Below the pieces are notes generated by a model that saw only the letters and a program-made list of their open reading frames with translations, made no database searches and was not told where the DNA came from. From Massalongia carnosa (taxonomy: Eukaryota), in contig OZ287080.1 of assembly GCA_965645245.1 (NCBI GenBank), positions 1,488,001 through 1,552,000 on the forward strand: a stretch of 64,000 nt of DNA, read 5' to 3'. Within the stretch, counting starts at the first letter, position 1; every line of letters starts with the position of its first letter. The translations under genes were made by a program, and so were the position numbers. Positions 25,227 through 37,587 of the stretch are shown here, one piece after another.

Positions 25227-25390
25227 CAACCCCACAACCCCACAACCCCACAACCCCACAACCCCACAACCCCACAACCCCACAACCCCACAACCCCACA
25301 ACCCCACAACCCCACAACCCCACAACCCCACAACCCCACAACCCCACAACCCCACAACCCCACAACCCCACAACCCCACAACCCCACAAC
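25227..25390. repeat. Perfect 8-bp tandem repeat (CAACCCCA)~20.5
   Basis: Directly visible, 164 bp. Confidence 0.98.
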
Positions 25391-25416
25391 GTACTTTGTA
25401 GGAATACAGAGGAATA

Positions 25417-26459
25417 ATGACGACCCCCCCAATCCCCATCCCCAACGCCCCACCTCCCTGGTCGACAAAATGCACCGCCTACGTGCTCGGATTCCACACC
25501 TCGTCCTCGCGCGCCTCCCTGCCGCAGCACGCGTACACGTCCCTGAGCGCGTCCCACGCGCCCTTCAGCGCCGAGGCCGAATGCGGGGCCTACAAGGGTG
25601 GGCTGGGCATGATACAGGTGCTGCGGTACTCGGAGACACCGGTGGGGCCGTACGATGAGTTGGCGGTGCTTCCGGGGTATTTCGACGTGCCTGTGGGGAA
25701 GCGGGGATGCAATTCGAGAGTCACGGCCATCTGGGTGAGCCAGAAGGAGACGTGCTGGAATGGTGAGTTTTAGGAGATAATTTTTGGGGGGGGGGGGGCG
25801 GAGCTGGCGCGAGGAGGCACAGAAATCTAGTGAAAAGTTTTTATCTTGGAGGCTGACACGTGGAGCTAGGGCGTAAGAATTGGAATATGCCAAAGTTCTG
25901 TCTACCTGCTTCACCTTCAGAGAGATTTGGATTATTTGGATTATCCTACTAACGGCTAACGAGACATCTTGCTCGCTTTAAATTCACCCCTTCCACCAAC
26001 TCGACCTCAGCTTCTACATCTTCCCCTCTAAAAATTGAGGTATTTCCCGAAGATCCGTCAATCACCGTCCCGTTCTTCACGGCGTCCTTTCAACCCTTGA
26101 AATGGCTGCCCTCATTCCCATACTCTAGCGCCTGGCTTTCTTATCTTGGTTTAGACACCAATGTTGTCCAGCCGCCGCTGCCAGAGGGGGAAACACTCGA
26201 GCTTTGCGGAACAAAGCAGTGGAAGAAAGTAAATCCGGTGCTGCGGAGCCAGAAGACGAGACTCGTCTGGATTGATATGAAGCAGCCATTATCACAGTCT
26301 GTATTTGAAGGAAATGGCGATGAGGAAAGGGATGCTTTGCTCGGAAAGGAGCAAAAAAGCGAAAATTGGTGGCCAGGATTAAGGAGGTGGAATATCGGCT
26401 TGTGGTTCGACGACGCAACTTTAGAGCTTGGCGAGCCTGAGATCTTGACTTCACAATGA
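25417..26459 (+). CDS. Acetoacetate decarboxylase-like fold protein (3 exons)
   Basis: APPPW, GGLGMIQVLRYSETPVGPYDELAVLPG, RVTAIWVSQ..TCWNG|RKNWNMPK|HLARFKF. The Lys sits at the position of the ADC-family G(R/K)xxWxxPK motif. Confidence 0.75.
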
Positions 26460-26584
26460 CTCGCCATAGGCGAATGCACTTCGAAGACACAGCAGTGACA
26501 TTAGCTTTATCTGATCGAAATATCAAGTTGTAGCCCTGAACGCTTGCAACCATCCACCAACCTTGATTGAAGTCAATGCTGCAT

Positions 26585-28292
26585 TCAAGTCGGGCCTTTG
26601 ACATGACGCCGATAGTAAAATGTATCGTCAACATCTTCGGCCACATTCCATTGCCCAGGCTGTCCGTATGTCAAAAAATCATCCTTCGTATCCCCTCGGG
26701 GTTCATCATGCAAGATCTTGATAGGGGATAGATCCAGTGAATTGCCTTCATCAAACATATCTTCCGGCCCCGCACCCACAAGTTTTGCTTTCTTAAACGA
26801 TGATGTAAGCTCTCCGTCATAATCTAAATGTACATCAACATAGTTTTGCGCGTTTCCCACCATCAAACTTATCGAGTTGCTGGCTTCCACGTGTAGCCAT
26901 GAGGCCTCCATCCTCCCGCCTAACTTCAATAAAGGAAGACGGATAACTTTTGGAGCTTTCCATGCGGGGTTCCAGAGATGTATAACTGGCTCAGCAACAT
27001 TGCAATGCATAAGTAGCAGATCATTTATCACTGGATGCCACAGAACCTTTTTTACAGACGAATGATGAATCAGCACTGCCGCAGCAAATGGCTGTTTAGG
27101 TGACCAAACCCAGACAGTTGAGGGAGTAGCATCATCTCTGGTGACAAAAAGGCTACCATCAATGTTGTACTCGATTATAGCCACACCGATGTTTAAACCG
27201 GCTAGATCTGCGTTTCGTCCTTTAGGACATGTTGGCGGGGATACTTGTACGTAGCTGCGCTCATGAGTGGCACTAATCTGCTCTTGCCATACAAGGACTT
27301 GAGGGTCATCTATCGTGCTAGTATGCTCCATAATATTGATAGGAGAAAACTACCGCCCAATGAACAAGCAATTCATTCAGCTGTTTAGTTTGGGCTACTT
27401 ACGGAGTTTTTCTGCAGAATGGTTACTCGCCGGTTGGAATCTCCAATGGTCAAGGAATCAGTCAAAGGGCTCCATTTAACGAGCTTTATCCCTAACTCTA
27501 TGTTCTCAGCATCTTGGTTACCGGAATACGTCTTGAAAAGATTTCCGTCTGCGGTGTAAACCAGTACTTTATAGCCGAAGCTGGTAGCATCCCAGATCGC
27601 AAACCATTGACCATCTGGGCTCCATTTGACCCCTTGTGCATCTATTGTCGGCAGCTCGACGCTTTTATGAACCTCGTAAGATACGGGAGAAAGCAACAGC
27701 AGAGTATCATGGGCACCAGCTCTAGTCAACAAGGCCATATGACCCGTACATGGCCTGTAGTCATAGCAATTTGAGGGAGACTTTGGATCTCTAATCTCCA
27801 CACCCCTACTAGTGTTGAGGAACCAAATTGTAGCCTTGACGTTGAAGACAGAGAACACCAAAACTTCATCTGCAGTGAACCCAAAATCGACCGTGGCTAC
27901 TTTACCCAAATTGCTGGCAGTTCCGTTGATCGTAGCATGCCATTGAGGGTTGTTAACATCCCATATCAATACAGTGTCATCGTTTGCCAAGAGCACACGT
28001 GACGCACCGATAGGGGCTTTGCTGTCTTGAACTTGATCTACGACTTTGAAATTCCTGGCACTCGAACCAGACCATCTTAGAAATGGCCAATGGGCCTCGA
28101 CGTCTCGGGGTATCTGGAAGGCTTGCACTACGGCAGCATTTGTGGCCGATCGAATAAGGAGACGAGACTCTAAGACAGTGGCGATGAGCCTGAGATCTCT
28201 TGAAGGTACAGAATGCTGAGAAGCTAGAATACCTTTAGCAGAAAATCTTGTCTCGAGCCTTGAAGACTTAGCATACAAGGGTTACAACTCAT
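26585..28292 (-). CDS. WD40 protein, WRAP73/WDR8-like; introns 28224-28285 and 27350-27402
   Basis: EVLVFSVFNVKATIWFL, IRDPK, LPTIDAQGVKWSPDGQWFAIWD, VLVYTADG, LGIKLVKWSP, PSTVWVW. Introns restore the frame. Confidence 0.8.
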
Positions 28293-29166
28293 TTTGGAGA
28301 GGTAGGTAGTTCTAGTCTAGTTGAAAACGATGCCACTAAACTCTGCATCCTTTCTAAGTAATTAGGCACGTGCTAGGCAACTAAAACCAGGTCCCTAAGC
28401 ACACCATATCACATGACCGTAATTGATACACTATCTGGAAGTAGCTAAGTTAAACTCATCTACTCTTTCAACAACTTTAAAATCCTCCAACTTTCCCCTT
28501 TGCTCTAATTAAATTTTCATACCTGTTAACTTACCAGCAGCGCCATTGGAGGGCCTAAATCTTATGCGGCTAGTCTATAACCGCAAGAACGAATAATCCA
28601 AGTCCGAGAAAGCTGGCAAGCTGAATCTCCACAGTTGCAGAGCATCTGAGAAGATGGGTTTTCCCCTATGATTTGGTTTCTCTCCTGAAGAGTTGTCTAA
28701 CAATTCCATGTGTATTTGATCCAAGAAACTTATCTCTCTTAAGCATGGTCAATGGGCTGGCGCTAATGTGCTCAGACATCGTTACTCAAGACGGCCCGGA
28801 AGGCTGACTCCAGAGGTCTGAGGTGGCAGATGCTGTTTAGCTCGCTCAAAAACCGTTGTTCACATTCATATTTCCAGCTCAAGGAGTTGCGCCTACCTCT
28901 CCAAGCTTAGCCTTCTGCCCAAACATTGTTGCCTCCTTTTATACACAAATTTTGGTTGGTCTATCGAGAGTAGCTTCAATGAGAGATCCTGCCGTATCAA
29001 CCCCCTCTGCTTTGATCAATAAAGTTCTCTTCCGTTAAATTCAAGCTCCAATACTTCAACCCTTTAAATCAAACAGATTATTTTTTTTACATGACAAAAC
29101 TATCCAAAACACATATGAAATCAAGTCTACTAGTAAGCAAGCCCAAGAAAAATACCAAAAAAATGA

Positions 29167-29254
29167 AGCCGAATGCGGGAGTCGAACCCGCAACCTTGTG
29201 GTTTTTGATCCTGAAGGTAAGAGCCACACGCTCTGCCGATTGAGCTAACCCGGC
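29167..29254 (-). tRNA. tRNA-Lys(CTT) with a canonical ~15-nt intron after position 37
   Basis: GCCGGGTTAGCTCAATCGGCAGAGC; anticodon stem TGTGG/CCACA with loop CT-CTT-A plus insert; GGTTCGACTCC T-loop; downstream T-run. Confidence 0.95.
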
Positions 29255-29738
29255 ATTTGTTCTACAAAACTTCATTCAGTCAGATTTCTACTCAGGTATT
29301 TCTTCAATCATCGCTTTTCTTTCCTAGGAGGCTATGGTGGTTTTTGTTCCTTGTAAGGATTACGTTCCTGAAAGACTCCAAGGGTTCGCGCTGGAACTGG
29401 CTAGATTAGATCCTTCCCAGCCACTAGTACATAGGTGAATAGGCAAACTGTATTGAGCTGATTCAATAATGTGAAGGTCAGTACTAGGAGTGGCAGAAAA
29501 ATGCTAGGTTTGCTAGGAATTCAGGGAAGAGGGGGTATCTGATGGGACGGCTTGACGTCTGATTGAAATGCTAAATGAGTTTAGATAGGCATAAAAATTG
29601 GAAATATAAGGTAAGTCGATCTATCCTGAATTAAAGCTCACGTCTATGTGTTCTCCCCTAGAACAAAAATTTGGATATTGAGCGCCCAAAAAAAGCCTAT
29701 CGATCACCTCCGTTCACAAAGGAGAACACCCTGAAACT

Positions 29739-31871
29739 CTAATATCCCGCCGGTTCGATCTCTCTGGGAAATGCAGGCGTGCCTAGATTCGAAACACAAT
29801 CCTCTTTCCAATGCTTGGGCGTAAACTTATCGGCTATAGACTTGAAAGCTTCCTAAACCGAATGTCAAGTTTCGTGGATATCCCACAAAGTATAAGGTGC
29901 GGTAGACGTACCAAAGTGCAAAAGCTGAAGTCACCCTCTAGGTGCTTTCCGGGAAGTTTGCAACCTGGGATAACCACAGGACGGTCGTTATACCGTAAGC
30001 GTACGTAATGTCCCTCCAACTGCTGCTTTTCCGCAACGCTGAGCTCTTCCATTGGTTTTCGCGCAAACCCTTCTGATGCTGGGCTTTTCCTCCGAAAGGT
30101 TTTGTCGAAGGAGTTAGGAGGACTGGTGCTCTGGGCATTCGCTATGCGCGCGACGGGCTCGCGCAACTTACCTGCGGCACCCGGTGAGGTTCGCCCTACT
30201 TTCTCATCTCGGAAGAGTTCAATAGCTAAATGGCTCGTGTAAGGAGGCCATTTCTCTGCTTTAAACGCGCCTAGACTGGAGAGTATGGCCGCTAGCGTGG
30301 TATCATGGCATCCGCTCAAAGCGAATTTGATGTCCTTTTCGCCATCGCGACTAGCTCCTGGGGTTTCATCCTTTCCTTCAACCTTGAGTATGCCATCTTT
30401 ACCTCTTCGTTCTACGTTTCCAACCATGCGGGCGACGATATCCCCCACTAGCGAGCCAATGCCAATTTTCCGATATTCGACACTTTCTTCGTAGCCGGCG
30501 AACCACTCTTCCATTATGATTTTGTCAATGATATCCTGGCTTTTAGCGTCGTAGAACTCGGAAGGTAGTCGTGTTCTAGGGCCGTGTGCAAGAGTTGAAT
30601 TGACCGTATCCATAATACCGGATAGACGAGGGTGAGAATCAACTGCCACGCGTTTGGTTCCTTCTGGCATCCATTTAGAGATCAAGGAGTTAAGGTAGTT
30701 CATTTCCTCCGCTTCATTCCCTAAGTTTAGACTTCAGCTAGCACCGTGATCCATGGTATTACAGAAGGGTACTTGGCAAGACCTTACATCGATCTGCAGC
30801 TCGCTGGGCAAAGGCTCTTCCCAGCTGGCCGAATCTACGACAATAAGTTTCGTTGGGAAATAACGTCTCATCTGCAGCTATTCGTGTAATTATAGTTGGA
30901 AGAGAAAAGGACTCTGTCCTTGCTGATGGGGGATACAATCCCCAGAAACTTTGCTGGACTGATTGTATAGTTCTCGACATTGGGGTTGCTCGTATATATA
31001 TCATATCAGCGTCCCCGAGTATTTTTGGCATGTACCCGAGCTGGTTGACATAGAGATGTCGAAGTCGTTGGCCTAATGCCAGAGTAGTCTCACGCCCTTT
31101 GTCTGTGAGTTCACCTAACTCGCTAGTTTACACATTGAGTAGTTAGTATGGAGAAGACGTTACCGCAACAAAAACATGAATACTTCTGAGAATGCTCTTC
31201 AAGTGCCGCTAACTCGATGATGGCTAAGGAGAGCTTTTACCATACTGTATCGATTTCGCCCTCAGAACCAGATGCCAGGAGTGACGAATCATTGTTACCA
31301 AAAGTCTCTAATCGTCGTCGCCATCTGCAATTATCCCATGATGACATATCGGTTTTGGTCATCACGATTGTTGACATTTGTTTGGCCGCATTGCAATAGG
31401 GCCAGTCTGCTCGACGGTTCAGGGCCATGCCAAGCTGCGTGGTATTGGACCGGAAAGCTTACATGGAGCAAGGCCTGTCTATACCAAGATGAAACATGGG
31501 TAAATCTAGATAGATCATAGGAGTCTCCTTACATTCTGAAAACGCGCCGAGATAGGGGTTCTTTCTCCTATAATCATACATAGATCAATGACACAGCTTT
31601 GCCATAGATTATCCTCTAGGGAAGAAAATACCGTGTCTGAGGAGCTATAAAAAAGCCGAATCAGCATGTTATAGAGTAAAAGCTAGACTTCATCGAAAAG
31701 CAAGAAGCAGAATCTCATAATAATCAGAAATAATCAGAAATAACACTAGAAGAGAAATTGGATGCGTAGAAAATACCCTACTATTTGAACTAATTGAAGC
31801 TTCAAATTTGACGGATAGAGACGAGAAAGCTCCTCCTGCGAGTAGGGCTCTCGCGGAACCAGCGACGTCAT
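29739..31871 (-). CDS. Histidine acid phosphatase (ACP6-like), multi-exon with micro-exons
   Basis: LLRH|GERTP (RHGxRxP), GELTDKGRE, RATPMSRTIQS, SGCHDTTL (HD motif), WPPYTSHLAIELF, YVRLRYND. Confidence 0.92.
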
Positions 31872-32153
31872 TATTGACGTTGAAAAATATGAGATTGTTA
31901 TGAGATTGACAGTTATACGCATAGAAATACTCTGCAAGCACGGAGTTATATAAGGATAATGAACTAGTCAATTTAATAATGATGTACTAAGCGTACGGTA
32001 ATGAATCTAGCAAAGCGCGTAAACTTACCTACCACTTACATAATTACTCTATATCGTGTACCTTATACTTACTTGCACCTGTTGTTTCGAGCACTCTCTG
32101 TATGAGCATGTGTGCATCAGACTATTGCTACCTTAGTGTGAAGGTCACGATCG

Positions 32154-34895
32154 ATGAACAGATCATATACATGCCTTCGATACCGTCAACGTACTACTAT
32201 TCTACGTCAAAAACGAGGTGCAAATTTTGTCTCGCTGGGAGGGCTTGTCGAGAACGAGCATAGCCGTGTCTCAGCAGTAGGTGACCTAGGGATCAGAGAA
32301 GCCTTTACCAGACTGCGCGATGTCTCTCCAACAATACTGGGTCAGCCTGGGCAGCTGCAGCGCCGGCAGCAGCCTGCTGGTGTGGATGAAATCCTCCAAA
32401 GTCTATTCTCCGTGAAACAAGAAGAAAAATTCAAATCAGTAAAAACGCGATACTCGCGCATCTGCCGTACAAACCCGAATGGGAATTACATTGGCCAACC
32501 TACTGTAGAGAATAATGAGGATATTCTAAAGCGAATGGTTTACAAGGAAAAAGCTCCACTTGACCATATATGGACACAGTGTCTTAAGGCAGTTGAATCA
32601 GAGGGATCCGATGGATTCGACGCCAGTACCAATAGTGAGGAAGGTAGAAAAGGATCAAGAGATATCTTTTGGGATATTCTTCTCCAAATTTGTCAAAGAC
32701 AAGCCAAAGACCCGCTCCAAAACACCCTCCCGGCGTCCTCAGATGTGATTAAGATCTATTTGAAGCACAAGCTTCTAAGGAACTGTTGGACTGATGTTAT
32801 CTGGATACAACTTGGTGCTCTGGTGAAGCATCTTTACCAAAACCCTTGCGCACCCTTTGTTCCGGGGGTTCCTGACCTTCATCCCTCAGTTCTCCTTATA
32901 GAAGAACTGCTAAATATTTGGGCGATATTTGTTGAAGAGGAAGGAAAGAAACAAGAAATAAGCTACGCGCTACTAAGTGGTGCCAATGTCCTCGATGTAT
33001 CTGATAATAACCTGTCTACGGCCACCTCTTCTATATCAAAAGATACAGTTCGCACGTGGCGCGGATTACCCAGTGTCAAAATAAAACGTATAAAATCTAC
33101 GAGACTTAAAACCACTCTGCAGCGTCGATTTCTATTTTGCTTTCCTGGAATTTCATACATTCAGGCGAATAGCTTGGGTGGAGCTGCTGTACTAACCTAT
33201 AGAAGCTTTCAGCGACTAGCCGAGAATAACTTCTTACCAAAATCTACAATTGAAGGTACGAAACCATTTATTCAATGGGTAAAGCATATCACGAATGAGT
33301 GCGGTTTCGACTCCAAAGAAGCTGCCAAATCTTTACTGAGGCAAGGTGTTGCGGTTGATATTGTAGTAAAAGCCACAGCAAGCGTAAGAGTATCGCCAGT
33401 AGGAAAAAAAGACAGCATTAATGCGACAGAGAATCCTACTTCGGGTTTTGATCTACCTTCTCCCAGCGCCGAAAAGCCAACTACTATCAGGCTACCTTTG
33501 CGATCCACTAAAGTTACCACTATTTCAAGGGATTTAAGTAAGGCAACCGAGAGGTCGGATATGAGACGGGCGATTAGTATATGGCAGAGGTTTCGGTCTC
33601 AGGTTAAAAACAAAAAAGCTAGAGACTCCATGTCTGAGGAAATTTTCATCCGGTTTCTTCATACCTTCTTCACGCTGCGCCGTCCGGAACTAGCAGTCGA
33701 GGTCTGGAATTTCATGATTCAGTCCGGCCTGGTGCCCCAACAGAAGCACTGGCAAGCCATGGTTGTAGGGAGCGCAAAATCGAAGGATTTTACTTCAATG
33801 CAACAGATTTGGTCCAGTATGAAGGCCGCTGGCTTTGAGCCTGACATCAAATCGTGGACAGCTTGGATTCACGGATTGATTAAATGCCGAGAATGGCAAC
33901 AAGGATTAGCAGCTCTGGAAGAATTGGGGCACTTGTGGAAAACCCCGAAATCCTCACAGCTCAAGCTGGCTCCCTCGGTAGAACCCGTCAACGCAACTAT
34001 TTCTGCCTTGTTGGATATCAACAAGGCCGACGTGGTTCCTAGCGTTATTGAGTGGGCGAAGATGCAAAATATACCCCTAGCTACATCAACCTTCAACACC
34101 ATGATACGACCCGCCGTCCGCCAAGGAAACAGCGAAGAAGTGAACCGAATTCTGTCAAAAATGGAAGCTCACTCCTGCCAGCCCGACATCATAACCTTCA
34201 CTATCATCGTTAACGGCCTCGTCAGCAACCACTCGTCCTCCTTCCATAACCAACCCCACGAAACTCAACAGCGCATCATCCTCGACCTTCTCACCACTCT
34301 CGAGCGTAAAGACCTCCGCCCCACCGCCCAAACCTACTCCACTGTCCTAGACGGCCTCCTCGCCCCGAACGTTATTAACGTCCCTGCCGCCCGTGCGATG
34401 CTCGACCACATGGCCAAACGCGGAATCCGGCCCTCACCGCACATATACACCATCATCCTCCAACACCATTTCATGGCCGACCCCCCGGACCTAGCTGCTA
34501 TCGATTCCCTCTGGCACCGCACTCGCATCGAGCGCGCCGTGCTGGACCCAATCTTTTACGACCGCATGATTGAGGGTCAGGCGAGTGCGGGCCAGGTCGA
34601 GCGTATGCTATTCTTCGCCCGGAAAGCTGCTGTGGCGGGGTGCTCACCGTCGTGGATGGCGCTATTGGCCGTGCTGCGGGAGCTTGCGCGGCAGGGGGAA
34701 TGGGATTTTGCCCGGGAGTTAGTGGCGGATGTGGAGGATCGGAAGCTGGGCTTGTTACGACATGGGGAGGGAGCAAAGGTGGGAAGGGATTGGTTTTGGG
34801 AGCTGGTGGGGAGTTTGAGGGAGGCCGGTTCGTTGAAGGGGCAGGAAAGGGATGCGGATGGTGAGGGGGAAAGGGATGGCCATGATGGGTGGTGA
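32154..34895 (+). CDS. Pentatricopeptide-repeat (PPR) protein, probably mitochondrial; 913 aa
   Basis: Repeats such as PDIKSWTAWIHG, ATSTFNTMIR, PDIITFTIIVNG, PTAQTYSTVLDG, PSPHIYTIIL; Arg-rich N-terminus. Confidence 0.9.
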   Translation: MNRSYTCLRYRQRTTILRQKRGANFVSLGGLVENEHSRVSAVGDLGIREAFTRLRDVSPTILGQPGQLQRRQQPAGVDEILQSLFSVKQEEKFKSVKTRYSRICRTNPNGNYIGQPTVENNEDILKRMVYKEKAPLDHIWTQCLKAVESEGSDGFDASTNSEEGRKGSRDIFWDILLQICQRQAKDPLQNTLPASSDVIKIYLKHKLLRNCWTDVIWIQLGALVKHLYQNPCAPFVPGVPDLHPSVLLIEELLNIWAIFVEEEGKKQEISYALLSGANVLDVSDNNLSTATSSISKDTVRTWRGLPSVKIKRIKSTRLKTTLQRRFLFCFPGISYIQANSLGGAAVLTYRSFQRLAENNFLPKSTIEGTKPFIQWVKHITNECGFDSKEAAKSLLRQGVAVDIVVKATASVRVSPVGKKDSINATENPTSGFDLPSPSAEKPTTIRLPLRSTKVTTISRDLSKATERSDMRRAISIWQRFRSQVKNKKARDSMSEEIFIRFLHTFFTLRRPELAVEVWNFMIQSGLVPQQKHWQAMVVGSAKSKDFTSMQQIWSSMKAAGFEPDIKSWTAWIHGLIKCREWQQGLAALEELGHLWKTPKSSQLKLAPSVEPVNATISALLDINKADVVPSVIEWAKMQNIPLATSTFNTMIRPAVRQGNSEEVNRILSKMEAHSCQPDIITFTIIVNGLVSNHSSSFHNQPHETQQRIILDLLTTLERKDLRPTAQTYSTVLDGLLAPNVINVPAARAMLDHMAKRGIRPSPHIYTIILQHHFMADPPDLAAIDSLWHRTRIERAVLDPIFYDRMIEGQASAGQVERMLFFARKAAVAGCSPSWMALLAVLRELARQGEWDFARELVADVEDRKLGLLRHGEGAKVGRDWFWELVGSLREAGSLKGQERDADGEGERDGHDGW

Positions 34896-34966
34896 TGGGT
34901 ATGGGATGGGACATATTAGTTGCTCCTCTTAGGTGCTATTGTACATAATTGATCGTTCTATTTATG

Positions 34967-36253
34967 CGGGGTCAGAAGTGTCCGGATAGGCGAGAATTTT
35001 TTTAGTTTTGAAAAGTAAATAACCACCTTTCAATCCATCATGCCACCACCACGTAGCTCTAAACAGCCCCAAACTACGCGCAAAGAAGTGCCCGTCATAA
35101 TCAGAGCTGAAATGTACGGTATGGGCCTCGCCGGCGCCTCCGTTAGTACTATACACGAAAAGTTTCCGCAATGGGGTCATTCCACCATAGGAGACACTTT
35201 GAAGAAGGCTACAACACGCGACGACCACAAATCGGAAGTACGATCTGGTCAGCCCAAAATAACCACAGCACGAGAAGATCGTCATTTGATACGAGCAGCA
35301 ATTAAATTGGGGTCAAAGGGTCGTCGACAGCCTCTGGGGGAGTTGCAAGCTAACATTATGCCCGATTTTTCTCGAACCACCATGAAACGACGTCTTCGAG
35401 ATCAAAACGTTCGCAAATGGCGCGCAGCTAATCGTACGATGTTAACGGAAGCTCATATTGCTGTTTGGCTGGGCTGGGCACGTTAATATGAGGATGTTTT
35501 GGAGGATGAGTGGGCTCAAGTGTGTTGGTCTGCTGAGATATTAGTTTGCAAACAGGATTGGAGTGAGAACGTGTGGGTTTTTCGACTTCCAAATGAGAAA
35601 TAGGATCAAGAATGCTTCGAACCAGTCAACAATGGATCAAGAGTCACAAAGATGTTCTGGGGCTGCTTTGCAGGCAAGCGACGGGGTGGTTTGATCTCGT
35701 TGGAGCCCGATCCAGATCGTACGGGAAAGAAAGGTATCACAGGGTTGATTATACTCGATGCTTATAAAGAACATCTTCCTACCATGCTCGATGTCGATTC
35801 GGGCATTGTTTTCATGCAAGATGGAGCTAGAACACACAAAATTCGAGAGACAATGGACTGGTTCAAAGAAAAGGGGTACACGGTCATGGATTGGCCGGCC
35901 TACTCCCCCGATTTGAACCCCATCGAGATGGTATGGGAGAAAGTGAAGAACATAGTCTTTAGAAGACACCCCGAATTACGCATTCTGTCAGCAAGTGCCC
36001 CAAAAATTCAAGAGGCCATTGTTGATGCTATCTTGGAGGCATGGGACTACATAACGGAGGCGTTTTTGGAAAGTTTAATGCGGTCAATGCCTCGTCGAGT
36101 GCAAGCAGTCCTGAATGCAAATGGAGGTTATACTAAACATTAGTTATATGTAAACAAATAATCGCATCATTTTACTGAAACGTTGATTTTGTAACAGCAA
36201 CAATAGATAACTATGAAATTCGTTTAAATTCGCCTATCCGGACACTAACGACC
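34967..36253 (+). mobile_element. Tc1-like (DD34E) transposon, inactive transposase 35040-36143
   Basis: TIR core AGTGTCCGGATAGGCGA / TCGCCTATCCGGACACT. Motifs RSGQPKITTAREDR and FMQD-(34)-E in PAYSPDLNPIE. First catalytic D altered (WSAE). Stops at 35484 and 35601. Confidence 0.93.
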
Positions 36254-36255
36254 TA

Positions 36256-37587
36256 CAAGGTTGGGTGACATTGGTCCGTGCCCCCCCTAAATTTCGAAAA
36301 ACTGCCCCTTCTACCACCATTTTACATTGATCATTCGTCAATCACATGGCTATTACACGCAGTTTTCGAAGTCCCCGTAAACGAGGTGGCTATCATGGTT
36401 TAGAATGGGGTACGCCCATTAAAAATCAATGCTACGGTCGCATGGACGCAGGGCAATCACTGCATAGAATTCATGCCGTCACAGGGGTGCATCGGGACAC
36501 TCTTCGTAAATGGCGAAAACAGCGCGATATTGGAAACACAGTCAGAAGAAAAGGTGCTGAACGGGCTGGAAAAGCACGAAAAGTCTCCGATTGGGAAATC
36601 AAAAAGGTGCTCAATTGGGTGCTAAAGGAGAAATACTCTGGAAGACGTATGTCATTTGCTCAGTTATGCAAACGTCATAATTTACCAATTCATCCTCGAA
36701 CTCTCGCACGACGTTTAGCTCAATTGGGCTATCGCAAATGCACTGCATGCCCGAAACCTTTCATCAATGAAAAGAATCGAAAAATTCGACTCGCTTTCTC
36801 TGTAAAGCTCGAGAACTGGACGCATGCCTGGAAACGACTTCGATTCAGTGATGAGAGCACGTTTTACACGGGCAAACATAAAAAGAATCAAATTCTTCGC
36901 AAGGCGGATGAAAGATACTGTCTTGATTGCATTCAGACTCGTTTTCGGAGTGGTAGAACGTCGTTTTCAGTATGGGGAATGGTGGGGTGGGGGTATAAAT
37001 CAAAACTGGTGTTTTTGCAGAATCTCTCCGGGGCCAGGGGGGGAATGACCAAAGAAGACTATATAAAACAGGTGCTACTACCTGTCGTTTCTCCGTACTT
37101 TCAGGAGAGCAATTATATTTCTCCTTATGAACGTACGGAGCATTCCCTTCATGCCCGAGAGTTCGGTGAAATTCTCTTTCAGGAGGACGGAAATCGAGCC
37201 CATGATTTGGGGTTTGGAAAGCGAAATCTTTCACAACTGAAAGACTCATTCAAAATTCCTTTGTTAAATGATGGAGCATGGCCTCCATGCTCACCAGATC
37301 TCAACATAATCGAGAATGTTTGGAGGATAATCAAGCAACGAATCGGAAGTTATGACATGGTTATCACTACTCTGGATGACATGAAGAAGGCCGTTCAGCA
37401 CGAATGGAACGAGGTAAAACAAGAGGAAATTGACAATTTGGTAGCTACAATGCCTTCTCGTATAAAGCAATGTAAAGATAGAGAAGGTAACGCAACAAAA
37501 TGGTAGAAATGAAGATGTTTTGTTGTTGTTTTGTGACTGTTTTTCGAAATTTAGGGGGGGGGCACGGACCAATGTCACCCAACCTTG
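36256..37587 (+). mobile_element. Tc1-like transposon with an intact ORF and 47/49-bp TIRs
   Basis: TA|CAAGGTTGGGTGACATTGGTCCGTGC7TAAATTTCGAAAAAC at 36256-36302, inverted at 37539-37587 (differs only in homopolymer length). Confidence 0.96.
36346..37506 (+). CDS. Tc1-like transposase, 386 aa, DD41E spacing
   Basis: HTH-like N-terminus; RFSDES, VWGMVG, FQEDGNRAH, WPPCSPDLNIIENVW, MPSRIKQC..REGNATKW; no stops. Confidence 0.95.
   Translation: MAITRSFRSPRKRGGYHGLEWGTPIKNQCYGRMDAGQSLHRIHAVTGVHRDTLRKWRKQRDIGNTVRRKGAERAGKARKVSDWEIKKVLNWVLKEKYSGRRMSFAQLCKRHNLPIHPRTLARRLAQLGYRKCTACPKPFINEKNRKIRLAFSVKLENWTHAWKRLRFSDESTFYTGKHKKNQILRKADERYCLDCIQTRFRSGRTSFSVWGMVGWGYKSKLVFLQNLSGARGGMTKEDYIKQVLLPVVSPYFQESNYISPYERTEHSLHAREFGEILFQEDGNRAHDLGFGKRNLSQLKDSFKIPLLNDGAWPPCSPDLNIIENVWRIIKQRIGSYDMVITTLDDMKKAVQHEWNEVKQEEIDNLVATMPSRIKQCKDREGNATKW

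Noticed and set aside
25137..25914. ORFs with (GCGVVGLW)n repeats
   Set aside because: Translations of the stop-free 8-bp microsatellite, antisense to a real gene.
28520..28960. ACTTACC plus short stems suggesting U1 snRNA or RNase MRP RNA
   Set aside because: No U1 loop I (ATTGCAC), no well-placed Sm site and no MRP P4 pair; could be a minus-strand splice donor.
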